A stretch of DNA of 64,000 nt from an uncultured Anaerolineaceae bacterium (GTDB lineage Bacteria; Chloroflexota; Limnocylindria; Limnocylindrales; CSP1-4): positions 13,737 through 77,736 of the forward strand of contig CAYRTS010000003.1 in assembly GCA_964427285.1 (NCBI GenBank), given 5' to 3'. This document shows positions 17,261 to 26,672 of the stretch, piece by piece (the stretch's first letter is position 1; each line of letters begins with the position of its first letter). A program made the translations under genes and the position numbers. The notes under the pieces are model-generated. The model was not told the origin of the DNA. It worked only from the letters and a program-made list of their open reading frames with translations, and searched no databases.

Positions 17261-17626
17261 TTGATGTGCTCCAACTGCGGGACCGCGAACGAGGCAGGGC
17301 GCAAGTTCTGCGGCGAATGCGCGAGCCCGCTGGTCGCCAGCGCCTTGCCGGCGCCGCCACCCGTCCGCGCCGGCCCCTCGACCTCAGGAGAAGCGCCTGT
17401 CGCCGAGCTCAGGCTCGTCTCCATCCTCTTTGCCGACCTGGTCGGTTTCACGACGCTCGCGAAGGGCCGCGATGCGGAGGACACCCGAGAACTCCTGTCC
17501 CGCTATTTCATCTCCCGCCTCGACGCGGCGCTCCCTCGTTCATTCGACTCGGGCAGTCATTCCGCCACGCCCGAGCCACAAAGCGCACCAAGTCAGGATT
17601 TCCCAAGCACCACACTCGCCCGTTGA
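17261..17626 (+). pseudogene. Truncated zinc-ribbon + class III cyclase N-terminus (remnant of a large cyclase/ATPase-type regulator)
   Basis: CSNCGTANEAGRKFCGECASPL zinc ribbon, then LRLVSILFADLVGFTTLAKGRDAEDTRELLSRYF, the first strand and helix of a cyclase domain. The sequence then degenerates and stops. The GDxxMAxF, IGxHxG and NxAxR motifs are absent. Confidence 0.6.
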
Positions 17627-17657
17627 CGGCGGAAGGATTGCGAGCAGAGGAGGAGCC

Positions 17658-19505
17658 ATGAGCCGCCTCGGGTCGGCGGTGCTCACCGTCGTCATGCTTG
17701 GTGTCGGGGCGCTCCTGTTTGCGGGCCGCCTTGCGCAGGAAACGCTCGCGCAATCTCACGCGGATCGATCCGAGATCGTCCTCGTCTTCGATTTTTCCGC
17801 CTCGATCCTCAATGACGCGGCGAACCGCGACCGTTTCGCCGCCGCGCTCGACGGGATCGCGGATCGCATCGACGCGACGTCGTCGGACCTCGTTGCGGGC
17901 GACGCCTCCGTGACGATCGTCCAGTTCGCCGCGAGCGCCGCGGACTACCCCGGCTGCGTCGACCTGAAGCTGGTCGAAAGTCCTGAGACCGTCGCCCGCT
18001 TCGCCGATTGCCTGAGAAACGTTGCCGCGGCGTACCGGAGGGGCCTGGATCCCGCTCTCACCCGGACGATTGGGTTTGACACGAACTATGTCGCGGCAAT
18101 GGAGCAAGCGGCCCGGCACCTTGCCGTGGACGCCGTCCGACCGGCGCTGATCCTGTTTACCGACGGTAAGCACGACGTCGCTGGGGTCCCTGTCAGCCAG
18201 GTGCAACCGGCGCGCGACAGACTCTTTGCGAGCCGCTCGCCGTTCGCGCTGCTGCCGGTGGGCATGGGCCTCAACCCGTTGGAACGCGACGCGCTCGAAA
18301 GCGGTCTCGTCAACCTACAGATGATTCGGGAGATGCCCGCCTGCATCAGCGGGACACAGTTCGATTGGCCGCAGGTCGTGTTCGAGTCACCGGATGAGGC
18401 CGGCAACGCTGTCGCCGTCGCGCTCCAGGACGTCACCTGCACCTTCACGGTCGCGCCGACGACGACATCCTCGCCGATACCCACCCCGGTGCCAATTCCG
18501 ACTCCGCTGCCAACGCCGGGGGCGGCACGCGGCATCGGGCTCACGCCCGGCGATGGGCGAATCGAGGTGAGTTGGAGCGCGCCCGCCACGGCGCAGGCGC
18601 TGATCGTCGACTACCGGATCCGCTGCCGCTCGGGCGAAGGCGAGTGGACGGAATCGGACGAGGGCACGTCGCTCGAGACGTTAGTTGTCGTCGAGGGACT
18701 CACCAACGGATCCGCCTACGAATGCGAGGTCATGGCCGTTGCTGCGACCTCGGAGGGCGCGTGGATCGCGGCGTCCTCGACCGCCACGCCCGTCGGTCGT
18801 CCGACGGCGCCCGGGAAGCCGGTCGTTCAGGCCCTTGATCGCGCGGTGCGGGTCGAGGTTCCGGCGGTCGATCCGTCGCTGGTATCCAGCTATCGGTACG
18901 AATGCTCGGACGACCAGGGACAAACGTGGCCGGTGGCGATCGACGTCGCCGCGTCGGCGATCACGGCGACTGAGATCACGAACCTGACCAACGGCGTGGC
19001 GTACGTCTGTCGGGCCTTCGCCGCGAATGTCGCGGGCGTCAGCGACCCGTCAGCGACGTCAGACGCCGTACGACCCTGCGGGTCGGTCGTCGAGTGCAAC
19101 CCGTTTCTTGCTCCGGTCCTCGGAGTCCTCGGGGTGGTGCTGCTTGGGGGGCTGCTCGCGGCGGTCTATGCTCTGTATCGCGATCGAACCCGCGGATATG
19201 TGGTGGCCGTGGTCGACGTGACCCACACGACGAATCTCGGGTATGGATCAAGGCTCGGGATCGGGTTCGTCCGCCCCCAGCCACGCGGACCCGTCACGGG
19301 CATCGTTGCCGATCGAAACAGGAGCGCGGAGCTCCGCATTCGGCACCTCGGTGGTGATCGATTCGAACTGACCGACCAGTTCAACCGCCAGGTCGCGACA
19401 TCAGGGCAGCCAGTGACCGTCGTGGACTCTGTCGGCGTCCGCCATCAGGTCACCCTCCGGAGATTCCGCGGAGCCACGGCATCGCCGATGTCAACCCGTC
19501 GATGA
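17658..19505 (+). CDS. Secreted/membrane-anchored vWA domain protein with two fibronectin type III domains, one TM helix and a ~110-aa cytoplasmic tail
   Basis: ATG at 17658 follows GAGGAGGAG. Signal-like N-terminus; MIDAS VLVFDFSAS...ILFTDGKHD; Pro/Thr linker; two FN3 units (IEVSWSAP...YRIRC..., VRVEVPAV...YRYEC...); TM FLAPVLGVLGVVLLGGLLAAVYALY. Confidence 0.8.
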   Translation: MSRLGSAVLTVVMLGVGALLFAGRLAQETLAQSHADRSEIVLVFDFSASILNDAANRDRFAAALDGIADRIDATSSDLVAGDASVTIVQFAASAADYPGCVDLKLVESPETVARFADCLRNVAAAYRRGLDPALTRTIGFDTNYVAAMEQAARHLAVDAVRPALILFTDGKHDVAGVPVSQVQPARDRLFASRSPFALLPVGMGLNPLERDALESGLVNLQMIREMPACISGTQFDWPQVVFESPDEAGNAVAVALQDVTCTFTVAPTTTSSPIPTPVPIPTPLPTPGAARGIGLTPGDGRIEVSWSAPATAQALIVDYRIRCRSGEGEWTESDEGTSLETLVVVEGLTNGSAYECEVMAVAATSEGAWIAASSTATPVGRPTAPGKPVVQALDRAVRVEVPAVDPSLVSSYRYECSDDQGQTWPVAIDVAASAITATEITNLTNGVAYVCRAFAANVAGVSDPSATSDAVRPCGSVVECNPFLAPVLGVLGVVLLGGLLAAVYALYRDRTRGYVVAVVDVTHTTNLGYGSRLGIGFVRPQPRGPVTGIVADRNRSAELRIRHLGGDRFELTDQFNRQVATSGQPVTVVDSVGVRHQVTLRRFRGATASPMSTRR

Positions 19506-19526
19506 TTCGGTGACCCCTTCCACCAC

Positions 19527-19841
19527 GTGCCGAACGGTACTCCAATTGACACCCACAACGACGTGTGCGAGCCTGCGCCCGTGCTCAAGACCAAGCGGAC
19601 ATACAACTTGCCGCAAAGGACGATCGAGACCGTTCAGTCGCTCGTCTCGGACCGGCATGTCGCGCCGACGCAGGATGCCCTGGTCGAACTCGCCGTCGAC
19701 GAGCTGGCCCGTCGTGTACGTGATGCCGACGAATCCAGTGCATGGTCGACCGCAGCGGCCGACCCGGAGTTCGTCGCCGAATCTGACGCGCTTGAGGCCG
19801 CCTACCGGACGGCCGACGCCGAGACGTGGCCGAAGCCGTAG
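19527..19841 (+). CDS. Antitoxin (RHH-like) of a MazEF/PemIK-type module
   Basis: Small acidic protein with KRTYNLPQRTIETVQSLV. Its stop overlaps the toxin start by 1 nt. The exact start is uncertain. Confidence 0.65.
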   Translation: MPNGTPIDTHNDVCEPAPVLKTKRTYNLPQRTIETVQSLVSDRHVAPTQDALVELAVDELARRVRDADESSAWSTAAADPEFVAESDALEAAYRTADAETWPKP

Positions 19842-20242
19842 TGAGCCAACCGCTCCGCTGGGCGGTGGTCATCGTTGACGTCGATCCGGCCGCTGGCCAT
19901 GAGCAGGCAGGATCCCGGCGCGCCCTCGTGGTCAGCTACGAAGCGTTTCACCGTTCGGGCCTTCTGACGATCTGCCCAATCACCGCGGCTCGCGCGACGC
20001 CCCGCTACCCCGGCGAGATCGCGATCCCGGCCGGCCAGGCCGGCCAGACAGGAGACGGGCTCATCCTGTGCGCTCAGATCCGGACCATTTCCGCCCGCCG
20101 GATCTTGGCGACCGGGATCCTGCAGGGCGGCGGCGTGGCCTATCTGACCGACTCGGCGATCCGCGGGGCGGTCCGGGCGGCGCTCGGCCACCATCTCGGA
20201 CTCGACATTCTTCAGATCACCGATGGAGCCGCTGGCGCATGA
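19841..20242 (+). CDS. mazF: MazF/PemK family endoribonuclease toxin
   Basis: WAVVIVDVDPAAGHEQAGSRRALVVSYEAF...ICPITA...LILCAQIRTISARRI matches the PemK/MazF pattern. GTG start at 19841. Confidence 0.8.
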   Translation: MSQPLRWAVVIVDVDPAAGHEQAGSRRALVVSYEAFHRSGLLTICPITAARATPRYPGEIAIPAGQAGQTGDGLILCAQIRTISARRILATGILQGGGVAYLTDSAIRGAVRAALGHHLGLDILQITDGAAGA

Positions 20243-20263
20243 CAGGGCCTGGCCTCGCCTGAT

Positions 20264-20385
20264 CTACTCTGTGCGGGCCAGCTCCGCGGCGGCGGCCTGG
20301 ACGGCCGCAACGATCCCGACGTAGCCGGTGCCGCGGCACAGGTTGCCGGACAGGCCGGCCCGGATTTCGTCCCCCGGGGCGGCTG
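20264..20385 (-). pseudogene. 3'-terminal remnant of a (2Fe-2S) CoxS-like small-subunit gene
   Basis: Reverse translation ...DEIRAGLSGNLCRGTGYVGIVAAVQAAAAELARTE* parallels the C-terminus of the intact gene at 49788..50270 (DDIRAGLSGNLCRCTGYVGIVAAVQAAAAELTRAD*). One cluster-ligand Cys is replaced by Gly. The nucleotide similarity to 49790-49890 is visible by eye. Confidence 0.75.
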
Positions 20386-20392
20386 GCGCACG

Positions 20393-21550
20393 ATGGGCCG
20401 GCCGGTCGCCACGACGGTACGCACGTACACTACGATCCGCTGCTCTGGAGGCCCCTTGACCGAGACAGTGACCGCCACTCCGCTCGCCCGGACGATCGCC
20501 GACACGCCGACCGACATCTGGAACGATTCGTGTGCGGTCGACGAGCTCGAGTACGCGATCGCGTTCGGGGCCGTCGGCGCGACCGCCAATCCGACCATCG
20601 TCCACGACGTCTGGAAGGCGGACCCGGCGCACTGGCAGGCGCGCGCACAGGCCCTCGCGTACACGAAACCCGGATGGACCGAGATCGAGATCGCCTGGGG
20701 CATCGTCGAGGAGATGTCGCTCACCGGGGCCCGGCTGCTCGAGCCGACGTTCGTCCGACACGGCGGGCGCAAGGGCCGCCTCTCGATGCAGACGAACCCG
20801 ACCTTCTGGCGGTCGCCCGACCTGATGCTGGACCAGGGCCTCCACTTCGCATCGCTCGCGCCCAACATCATCGTGAAATTCCCGGCCAGCGCAGTCGGGA
20901 TCGGCGTCATGGAGGAGGCGACCTACCGGGGCGTGAGCGTGAATTGCACGGTGAGCTTTTCCGTCGCCCAGGCAGTCGCCGCCGCGGAGGCCGTTGAGCG
21001 CGGGCTCCAGCGGCGCGAGGCGGAGGGCCTCCGCGTCGATGACATGGGTCCGGTGATCACGATCATGATGGGCCGCCTCGAGGATTGGCTCCGGACCGTC
21101 GCCGAGCGGGACGGGATCATCTGCGACCCCGCGGCCCTTCCCTGGTCAGGGATCGCCGTCTTCAAACGCGCCTACGCCATATTCCAGGAACGGGGGCTGC
21201 GTGCCCGCCTGCTCGGGGCCGCCATTCGCCACCACTACCACTGGAGCGAGCTGATCGGCGGCGAGTGTGTGGTCACCCTTCCGTCCGTCTGGCAGAAGCG
21301 ATTCAACGCCTCGGCGATCGAGGTTCGCCCGCGGATCGACGACCCGGTGGACCCACGGATCGTCAGTGAACTGTCGGCCCGTTTCACGGACTTTGGCCGG
21401 GCCTACGAGCCTGAGGGCCTCGCGATCGCCGAATTTGATTCGTTCGGGCCGACGGTGCGAACCCTCCGCGCGTTCATCGGCTCGTACCACGACCTGCTCC
21501 ACGCGGTCGGCGACGCGGTTCTGCGGAACCCGGACGTTCGGGCGAAGTAG
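20393..21550 (+). CDS. Transaldolase family protein
   Basis: Motifs: GATANPTIV, GRLSMQTNP, and the Schiff-base lysine context IIVKFPAS. The start is uncertain; it may lie downstream of 20393. Confidence 0.75.
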   Translation: MGRPVATTVRTYTTIRCSGGPLTETVTATPLARTIADTPTDIWNDSCAVDELEYAIAFGAVGATANPTIVHDVWKADPAHWQARAQALAYTKPGWTEIEIAWGIVEEMSLTGARLLEPTFVRHGGRKGRLSMQTNPTFWRSPDLMLDQGLHFASLAPNIIVKFPASAVGIGVMEEATYRGVSVNCTVSFSVAQAVAAAEAVERGLQRREAEGLRVDDMGPVITIMMGRLEDWLRTVAERDGIICDPAALPWSGIAVFKRAYAIFQERGLRARLLGAAIRHHYHWSELIGGECVVTLPSVWQKRFNASAIEVRPRIDDPVDPRIVSELSARFTDFGRAYEPEGLAIAEFDSFGPTVRTLRAFIGSYHDLLHAVGDAVLRNPDVRAK

Positions 21551-21562
21551 GGTCACCGACGA

Positions 21563-22489
21563 ATGCCCGAGCCCATCAGGATCCACCCCGCGGCGCCTCC
21601 CAACCACCTGTCGTGCCCGGAGCTTCGGGTCCGTCCGGGCGACGACGGCGCGGCCATCTCGGTGACCCCCGAGCGTGCCGACTGGCGCCACCTGTCCTTC
21701 CGCGTCGCCGCACTCGGCCAGGGCGAGACCATCGATGCGGGCGCCGATGGCCAGGAAGCCGTTGTCGTGACCATCTCCGGCGGAGGCGTCCGCGTCACCC
21801 ACGGACCAGGCCGCGAGGCGATCGACCTGCCGGGTCGCAGCTCGCCGTTCGACGCTCTGCCGTGGTCGGTCTACCTGCCGGCCGGCACGCCGGCCACGGT
21901 CGTCGGCCGGCCGGATGGCTCGGGACCAGGCGGCCGCGCCATCGTTGCGATCGCCGAAGCGCCACGGTCCGGCTTCGAGCGGGGCGCCGGAGCGCCGTTC
22001 GTCATCGAGCCTGGCGACGTCAGGGTGGAGGTCCGCGGTGCCGGCAACGCGACCCGCCAGATCAACGTGATCGTCGGCCCCGACGCGCCGGCCGACAGGC
22101 TCGAAGTCGTCGAGGTCCTGACGCCGTCTGGCAACTGGTCGTCCTGGCCGCCCCACAAGCACGATCGCGACGCCATGCCCGCTGAGGCCGTGCTTGAGGA
22201 GATCTACTACTACCGGTTTCGCCGTCCAGGGGCATGGGGACTCCAGCGCGTGTATCGGGGGGATCGGTCGCGCGACTGCCTCTTCGAGGTCCATGACGGC
22301 GACTGCGTGCTCGTCACCGACGGCTACCACCCCTTCGTGGCCGCCCACGGCGACGATGCCTATTACCTCAACGCGCTGGCCGGAGATCGGCGAACGATGG
22401 CCGCCTCGTTCGACCCGGACCTTGACTGGGTCCGCGAGACATGGCCGGCCTTGGGGCCCGATCCGCGGGTCCCGCTCGTCGGCCGCTGA
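21563..22489 (+). CDS. iolB: 5-deoxy-glucuronate isomerase
   Basis: 308 aa. SWPPHKHD...LEEIYYYRF and the cupin-like C-terminal half are typical of IolB. Confidence 0.8.
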   Translation: MPEPIRIHPAAPPNHLSCPELRVRPGDDGAAISVTPERADWRHLSFRVAALGQGETIDAGADGQEAVVVTISGGGVRVTHGPGREAIDLPGRSSPFDALPWSVYLPAGTPATVVGRPDGSGPGGRAIVAIAEAPRSGFERGAGAPFVIEPGDVRVEVRGAGNATRQINVIVGPDAPADRLEVVEVLTPSGNWSSWPPHKHDRDAMPAEAVLEEIYYYRFRRPGAWGLQRVYRGDRSRDCLFEVHDGDCVLVTDGYHPFVAAHGDDAYYLNALAGDRRTMAASFDPDLDWVRETWPALGPDPRVPLVGR

Positions 22490-22505
22490 CGGCCCGCCGC
22501 ACCCG

Positions 22506-23465
22506 ATGACGACGCGTGGCCTCGAACTCGGCATGTACACCGATTCGGTCACCGATCACACCTTTGAGTCCGCCCTGGATCTGGCCGCTCGCGTCGGTGC
22601 GACCGGGATCGAGATCGCCACGGGCGGTCAATCGTCGGCGCCCCACCTGCGGATCGACGAACTGCTCTCTGACCGGAATGCGCGCGCGTCGTTCGCTTCG
22701 GCGTTCGCCAGTCGCGGTCTGCGCATCGCCGCCCTCAATTGCTCGGCGTGGCCGCTTCACCCGGTCCACGGCGCCCGGCACGTCGAACTGATCCGCTCGA
22801 CCATTCGTCTGGCCGGCGAGCTTGGCATCCGCAAGATCGTGACGATGTCTGGCAACCCTGGCGACGGCCCTGGGGCGACGGCGGTCAACTTCACGTGGTA
22901 TCCATGGCCGGCCGATTCGATGGCATTGCTCGACCGTCAGTGGGCGGCGGCGATCGAGCTCTGGGGGGACCTCGGCGCGTATGCAGCGGCCCACGGCGTC
23001 GAGCAACTCGCGTTCGAGCTGCACCCGCTGCACCTCGTCTACAACGTCCCGACCCTGTTCAGGCTGCGCGAGGCGGTCGGTCCGATCATCGGTGCGAACG
23101 TGGATCCGTCACATCTGTTCTGGCAGGGGATGGACCCGCTTGCCGTGATCGGCGCACTGGGGTCGGCCGTCCATCACGTTCACCTCAAGGACACGCAGGT
23201 GGTGGCGGACCAGGTTGCGATCGCCGGGGTCCTCGACCAGCGCCCGTTTGACGTTCCCACGGAGCGGGCGTGGGTGTTCCGGACCGTCGGCAGCGTCCAC
23301 GGGCCCGAGTTCTGGTCGGCCTTCCTCGCCGGGCTCGAGCGCGTCGGTTACGACGATGTGCTGGCGATCGAGAACGAGGACGCCAGCCTGTCCGCACAGG
23401 AAGGCGTCGAGCAGGCGGCTGCCTTTATGCGCCCCCTGCTCGCCGATCGACGCGCCCGGTCCTGA
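22506..23465 (+). CDS. Sugar phosphate isomerase/epimerase (xylose-isomerase-like TIM barrel)
   Basis: Trimmed to the ATG at 22506. Motifs: ELHPLHLVYN, HHVHLKD and AIENED, typical of the AP_endonuc_2 TIM barrel. Confidence 0.75.
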   Translation: MTTRGLELGMYTDSVTDHTFESALDLAARVGATGIEIATGGQSSAPHLRIDELLSDRNARASFASAFASRGLRIAALNCSAWPLHPVHGARHVELIRSTIRLAGELGIRKIVTMSGNPGDGPGATAVNFTWYPWPADSMALLDRQWAAAIELWGDLGAYAAAHGVEQLAFELHPLHLVYNVPTLFRLREAVGPIIGANVDPSHLFWQGMDPLAVIGALGSAVHHVHLKDTQVVADQVAIAGVLDQRPFDVPTERAWVFRTVGSVHGPEFWSAFLAGLERVGYDDVLAIENEDASLSAQEGVEQAAAFMRPLLADRRARS

Positions 23466-23480
23466 TTCGGACGACCGCGC

Positions 23481-24584
23481 CTACTCCGTCGCGCTCAGCT
23501 CGTCGATGCGGATCCGGCGTCCCTCGCGGGCCGAGGCGAGGATGGCGTCGCACAGGACGGCGGCGTGGTAGCCATCCTCGAACGTGGCCTGCTCCGCGGG
23601 CACCGGCCGACCCTCGATGACGGCCGCCAGGAAGTCGCGCCACTCATGCACGAAGCTGTGCTCCCAGCCGATCGTGTGGCCGGGCGGCCACCAGAGGCCC
23701 ATGAACGGATGGTCCGGCTGGCTCACGAGCACGTCGCGGAAGCCGCCGGTTCGGTCGGCCTCGTCCGCACTGTAGAAGACATGCAGGCGATTGAGGTCCT
23801 CCATGTCCCACCACAGGGAGCCCAGCGTGCCGTTGAACTCGACGACCTGGCGTCCCTTCCAGCCCCACGCAACACGCGACACCTCGAGCGACGCGATCCC
23901 GCCGCCGCGCAGATCGATCGCGGCGACGTAGGCGTCCTCGACGTCCGGCCCGAACGAGGTCAGCTTCGCCGTCGTCGCCTGGACCGCCTCCGCCTCGCAC
24001 CCGAGGTAGCGCAGGAAATCGACGATATGCGCGTAGTCCGTCACCGCCCGCGAGCCATTGTGCGGGCGGGACGGCGTGGTGCCGGCGGCGTGATCCTGCA
24101 GATAGACCGCGCGGAACTGCACCGCGTCGCCGAGCCTGCCGGACTCGATGAGCTCGCGGGCCAGCCGCATCGCGGGCACATACCGGTACTGGAAGCCACA
24201 GACCGCAGGCACGCCGGCGCGTGCGGCTGCGTCCATGAGCCGCCGGGCCTCGAACCGATCCGCGCCGAGGGGCTTCTCGCACAGGACCGGCTTGCCGAGC
24301 GCCAGCGCTGCCTCGGTCGCCTCCACGTGCGCCGAGGCGCCCATGAGGTTCGCCACGATGTGGACGTCGGGATCGTTGACGACATCGGCCCAATCGGTCC
24401 TGAACCGGTCGATCCCGAGGTCGCGTGCCATGGCCTCACCTCGACCGCGATCGCGCGCCGACAGCGCGACAACCTCAACCGGTCTGGTGAGCGGCGCCAG
24501 ATGGTCCAGGGTCCGGATCGCGTGGACATGCGCTCGGGTGATCCAGCCCGCGCCGAGGACGCCCACGCCGAGACGATCAGTCAT
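23481..24584 (-). CDS. Gfo/Idh/MocA family oxidoreductase
   Basis: LGVGVLGAGWITRAH Rossmann N-terminus and the EKP motif (VLCEKPL). ATGA overlap with the upstream gene. Confidence 0.85.
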   Translation of the reverse strand: MTDRLGVGVLGAGWITRAHVHAIRTLDHLAPLTRPVEVVALSARDRGRGEAMARDLGIDRFRTDWADVVNDPDVHIVANLMGASAHVEATEAALALGKPVLCEKPLGADRFEARRLMDAAARAGVPAVCGFQYRYVPAMRLARELIESGRLGDAVQFRAVYLQDHAAGTTPSRPHNGSRAVTDYAHIVDFLRYLGCEAEAVQATTAKLTSFGPDVEDAYVAAIDLRGGGIASLEVSRVAWGWKGRQVVEFNGTLGSLWWDMEDLNRLHVFYSADEADRTGGFRDVLVSQPDHPFMGLWWPPGHTIGWEHSFVHEWRDFLAAVIEGRPVPAEQATFEDGYHAAVLCDAILASAREGRRIRIDELSATE

Positions 24585-25609
24585 GCGTCGTCAACGGCGA
24601 TCGGCCGCCCCTCGCGCATCGATCGTTCGGCAGCCAGGGCGATCCGCAGCGCGGCGAGGCTGTCCGCCCCGGTGATCTGAACGGGCGTGTCGTTGCCGAT
24701 CGCCTGCGCGAACGCGCGCATCTCCGCTCTGTACGCGAGCTCGAAACGCAGGGCCCCTGCCCCCCAGCCGGCACCGACCGGCGAGGGGCCGGCCTCGCCC
24801 GACGCCGACCCACCACGCGGGATCACCGGCCGCGAGCCGATCGCGATCGTGCCGCGCTGACCGACGATCTCGGTCCGTACGTCCTCGGCCAGGGCGCTGC
24901 GGGCAAGCTCGATCGAGCCGGTCGCCCCGCTCGCGAATCGGAGATTGATCACGGCGCTGTCGACATCGCCGACCGCCGCCAGCTCCGGGTAGGCGAGCGT
25001 CGATCCCCATGCCTGGACCTCGATCACCTCGTCGTCCATCAACCAGCGGGCGAGGTCGTACTCGTGGATGCCCATGTCCACGTGGATCCCCCCACTCACG
25101 GCCGGGTCCGCCTGGTCGGCTGGAGGGGGCCCTGGGTCGAACTGGAGGCTCTTGAACATGATGGGACGGCCGATCTGGCCGGCCACCAGTCGCGCGCGCC
25201 CACGCCGGTAGGCCGGGTCGAACCGGCGCATCAGGCCAATTTGGAGGCGGACTCCGGCGCTGGCGGCTTCGGCCATCGCGGTCTGGGTATCGGCGACGGT
25301 CAGCGCCAGTGGCTTCTCGCAAAACAGATCGCGGCCGGCGGCGGCGACCTGGCGCACCACCTCGAGGTGATGGCGCGACGAGACAGCGATGACGACACCG
25401 TGCAGACCGGGCAGCTTCGCGAGCTCGGCGGCCGAGCTGACGACGGTGTCGACCCCGAGGTCGCCGGCCAGCCGCCGCGCCGCATCGACATTGATGTCGG
25501 CGATGCCCACCAGCCGCGCCTCGGGCACGTCGTGCGCAATCACGCGGGCCAGGATGGAGCCCATCCGCCCGATACCGACCACCCCGAGCCCGATCTTCGC
25601 GGCGGTCAC
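24581..25609 (-). CDS. Gfo/Idh/MocA family oxidoreductase (IolG-like inositol dehydrogenase candidate)
   Basis: IGLGVVGIGRMGS and LFCEKPLA motifs. GTGA overlap with the upstream gene. Confidence 0.8.
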   Translation of the reverse strand: MTAAKIGLGVVGIGRMGSILARVIAHDVPEARLVGIADINVDAARRLAGDLGVDTVVSSAAELAKLPGLHGVVIAVSSRHHLEVVRQVAAAGRDLFCEKPLALTVADTQTAMAEAASAGVRLQIGLMRRFDPAYRRGRARLVAGQIGRPIMFKSLQFDPGPPPADQADPAVSGGIHVDMGIHEYDLARWLMDDEVIEVQAWGSTLAYPELAAVGDVDSAVINLRFASGATGSIELARSALAEDVRTEIVGQRGTIAIGSRPVIPRGGSASGEAGPSPVGAGWGAGALRFELAYRAEMRAFAQAIGNDTPVQITGADSLAALRIALAAERSMREGRPIAVDDA

Positions 25610-26670
25610 GCTCGAACCTCCGACATGATCTGGGCCGAGCCGGTGGACGCCGCCTGTTCAGCCGCCTCGAGGACCGCCAGGACCGCCAGCGAATCGGCCG
25701 GGTCGACCGGCACCGGGCCATCGCCTCGAATGGCGTCGCGCATCAGCTCATAGAACGTGCGATACCGGCCGGGTTCTGTCGGGACGCGGCTGACGGACCC
25801 GTTCATCCGGGACAATCGCCCGAAGCGTTCCGGCGGCTCCTCTCCGAAGCCTGGTTCGCTCGGGCGCATCCCGCCCACGAGCTGCTCCTCCTGCACGTCG
25901 AGGTCCTCCTTCACATACTCCCCGGCCAGGCCTCGGACGCGGAGCCGCGGGCCCACGTGCGAGGCGATCAGCGATGTCCAAAGTCGCGATCGGACGCCAT
26001 TCGCGTGGTCGATCGCGATGAACACGGAATCCTCCACCGCTGTTCCGGGCCGACGACGATCGACCTGGGCCCACACACGCCGCGCCGGCCCGAAGAGAAT
26101 CAGGCTCTGGTCGACGAGGTGGGAGCCCAGGTCTCGGAGCGGGCCACCGGCCTCGAGGGCCGACTCGCGCCATTCGGGGCCAACCGGACTCAACCGCTCG
26201 AATCGCGCTTCGAGGCTGTCGATCGATCCCAGGGTGTCCTCGGCGATCAGCCGGCTGAGCGTCATGAATTCGCCGTCCCAGCGACGGTTCTGGAAGACGG
26301 ATAGCAGGCGACCCGCTGTCGTGGCCGCCTCGATCATGCGTTCTGCCTCGGCGACGTCCATCGCGATCGGCTTGTCGACGACGACATGCCGGCCGGTCGC
26401 GAACGCCTGACATGCGATCGCAAGGTGCGTGCGGTTGGGCGTCGCGACAACCACGAGGTCGATGTCAGAGCGGTCGAGCAGCTCCTCGACGCCTCCGACG
26501 ACTTCCGCGCCGGGGTACTCCGCTGCAGCCCGAGCCGCGCGCCCCGGATCCGACGTGGCGACGACCGCCAGATGGAGCCCATCGACCGCGTCGATGAATG
26601 GCGCATGGAACGAGCGCCCCGCGAGGCCGTAGCCGACGAGCCCAACCCGGATCCCACCGCGCGGTGTCAC
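25606..26670 (-). CDS. Gfo/Idh/MocA family oxidoreductase
   Basis: IRVGLVGYGLAGRSFH and VVVDKPIA motifs. The start lies 2 nt after the aminotransferase stop. Confidence 0.85.
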   Translation of the reverse strand: MTPRGGIRVGLVGYGLAGRSFHAPFIDAVDGLHLAVVATSDPGRAARAAAEYPGAEVVGGVEELLDRSDIDLVVVATPNRTHLAIACQAFATGRHVVVDKPIAMDVAEAERMIEAATTAGRLLSVFQNRRWDGEFMTLSRLIAEDTLGSIDSLEARFERLSPVGPEWRESALEAGGPLRDLGSHLVDQSLILFGPARRVWAQVDRRRPGTAVEDSVFIAIDHANGVRSRLWTSLIASHVGPRLRVRGLAGEYVKEDLDVQEEQLVGGMRPSEPGFGEEPPERFGRLSRMNGSVSRVPTEPGRYRTFYELMRDAIRGDGPVPVDPADSLAVLAVLEAAEQAASTGSAQIMSEVRA

Positions 26671-26672
26671 GG

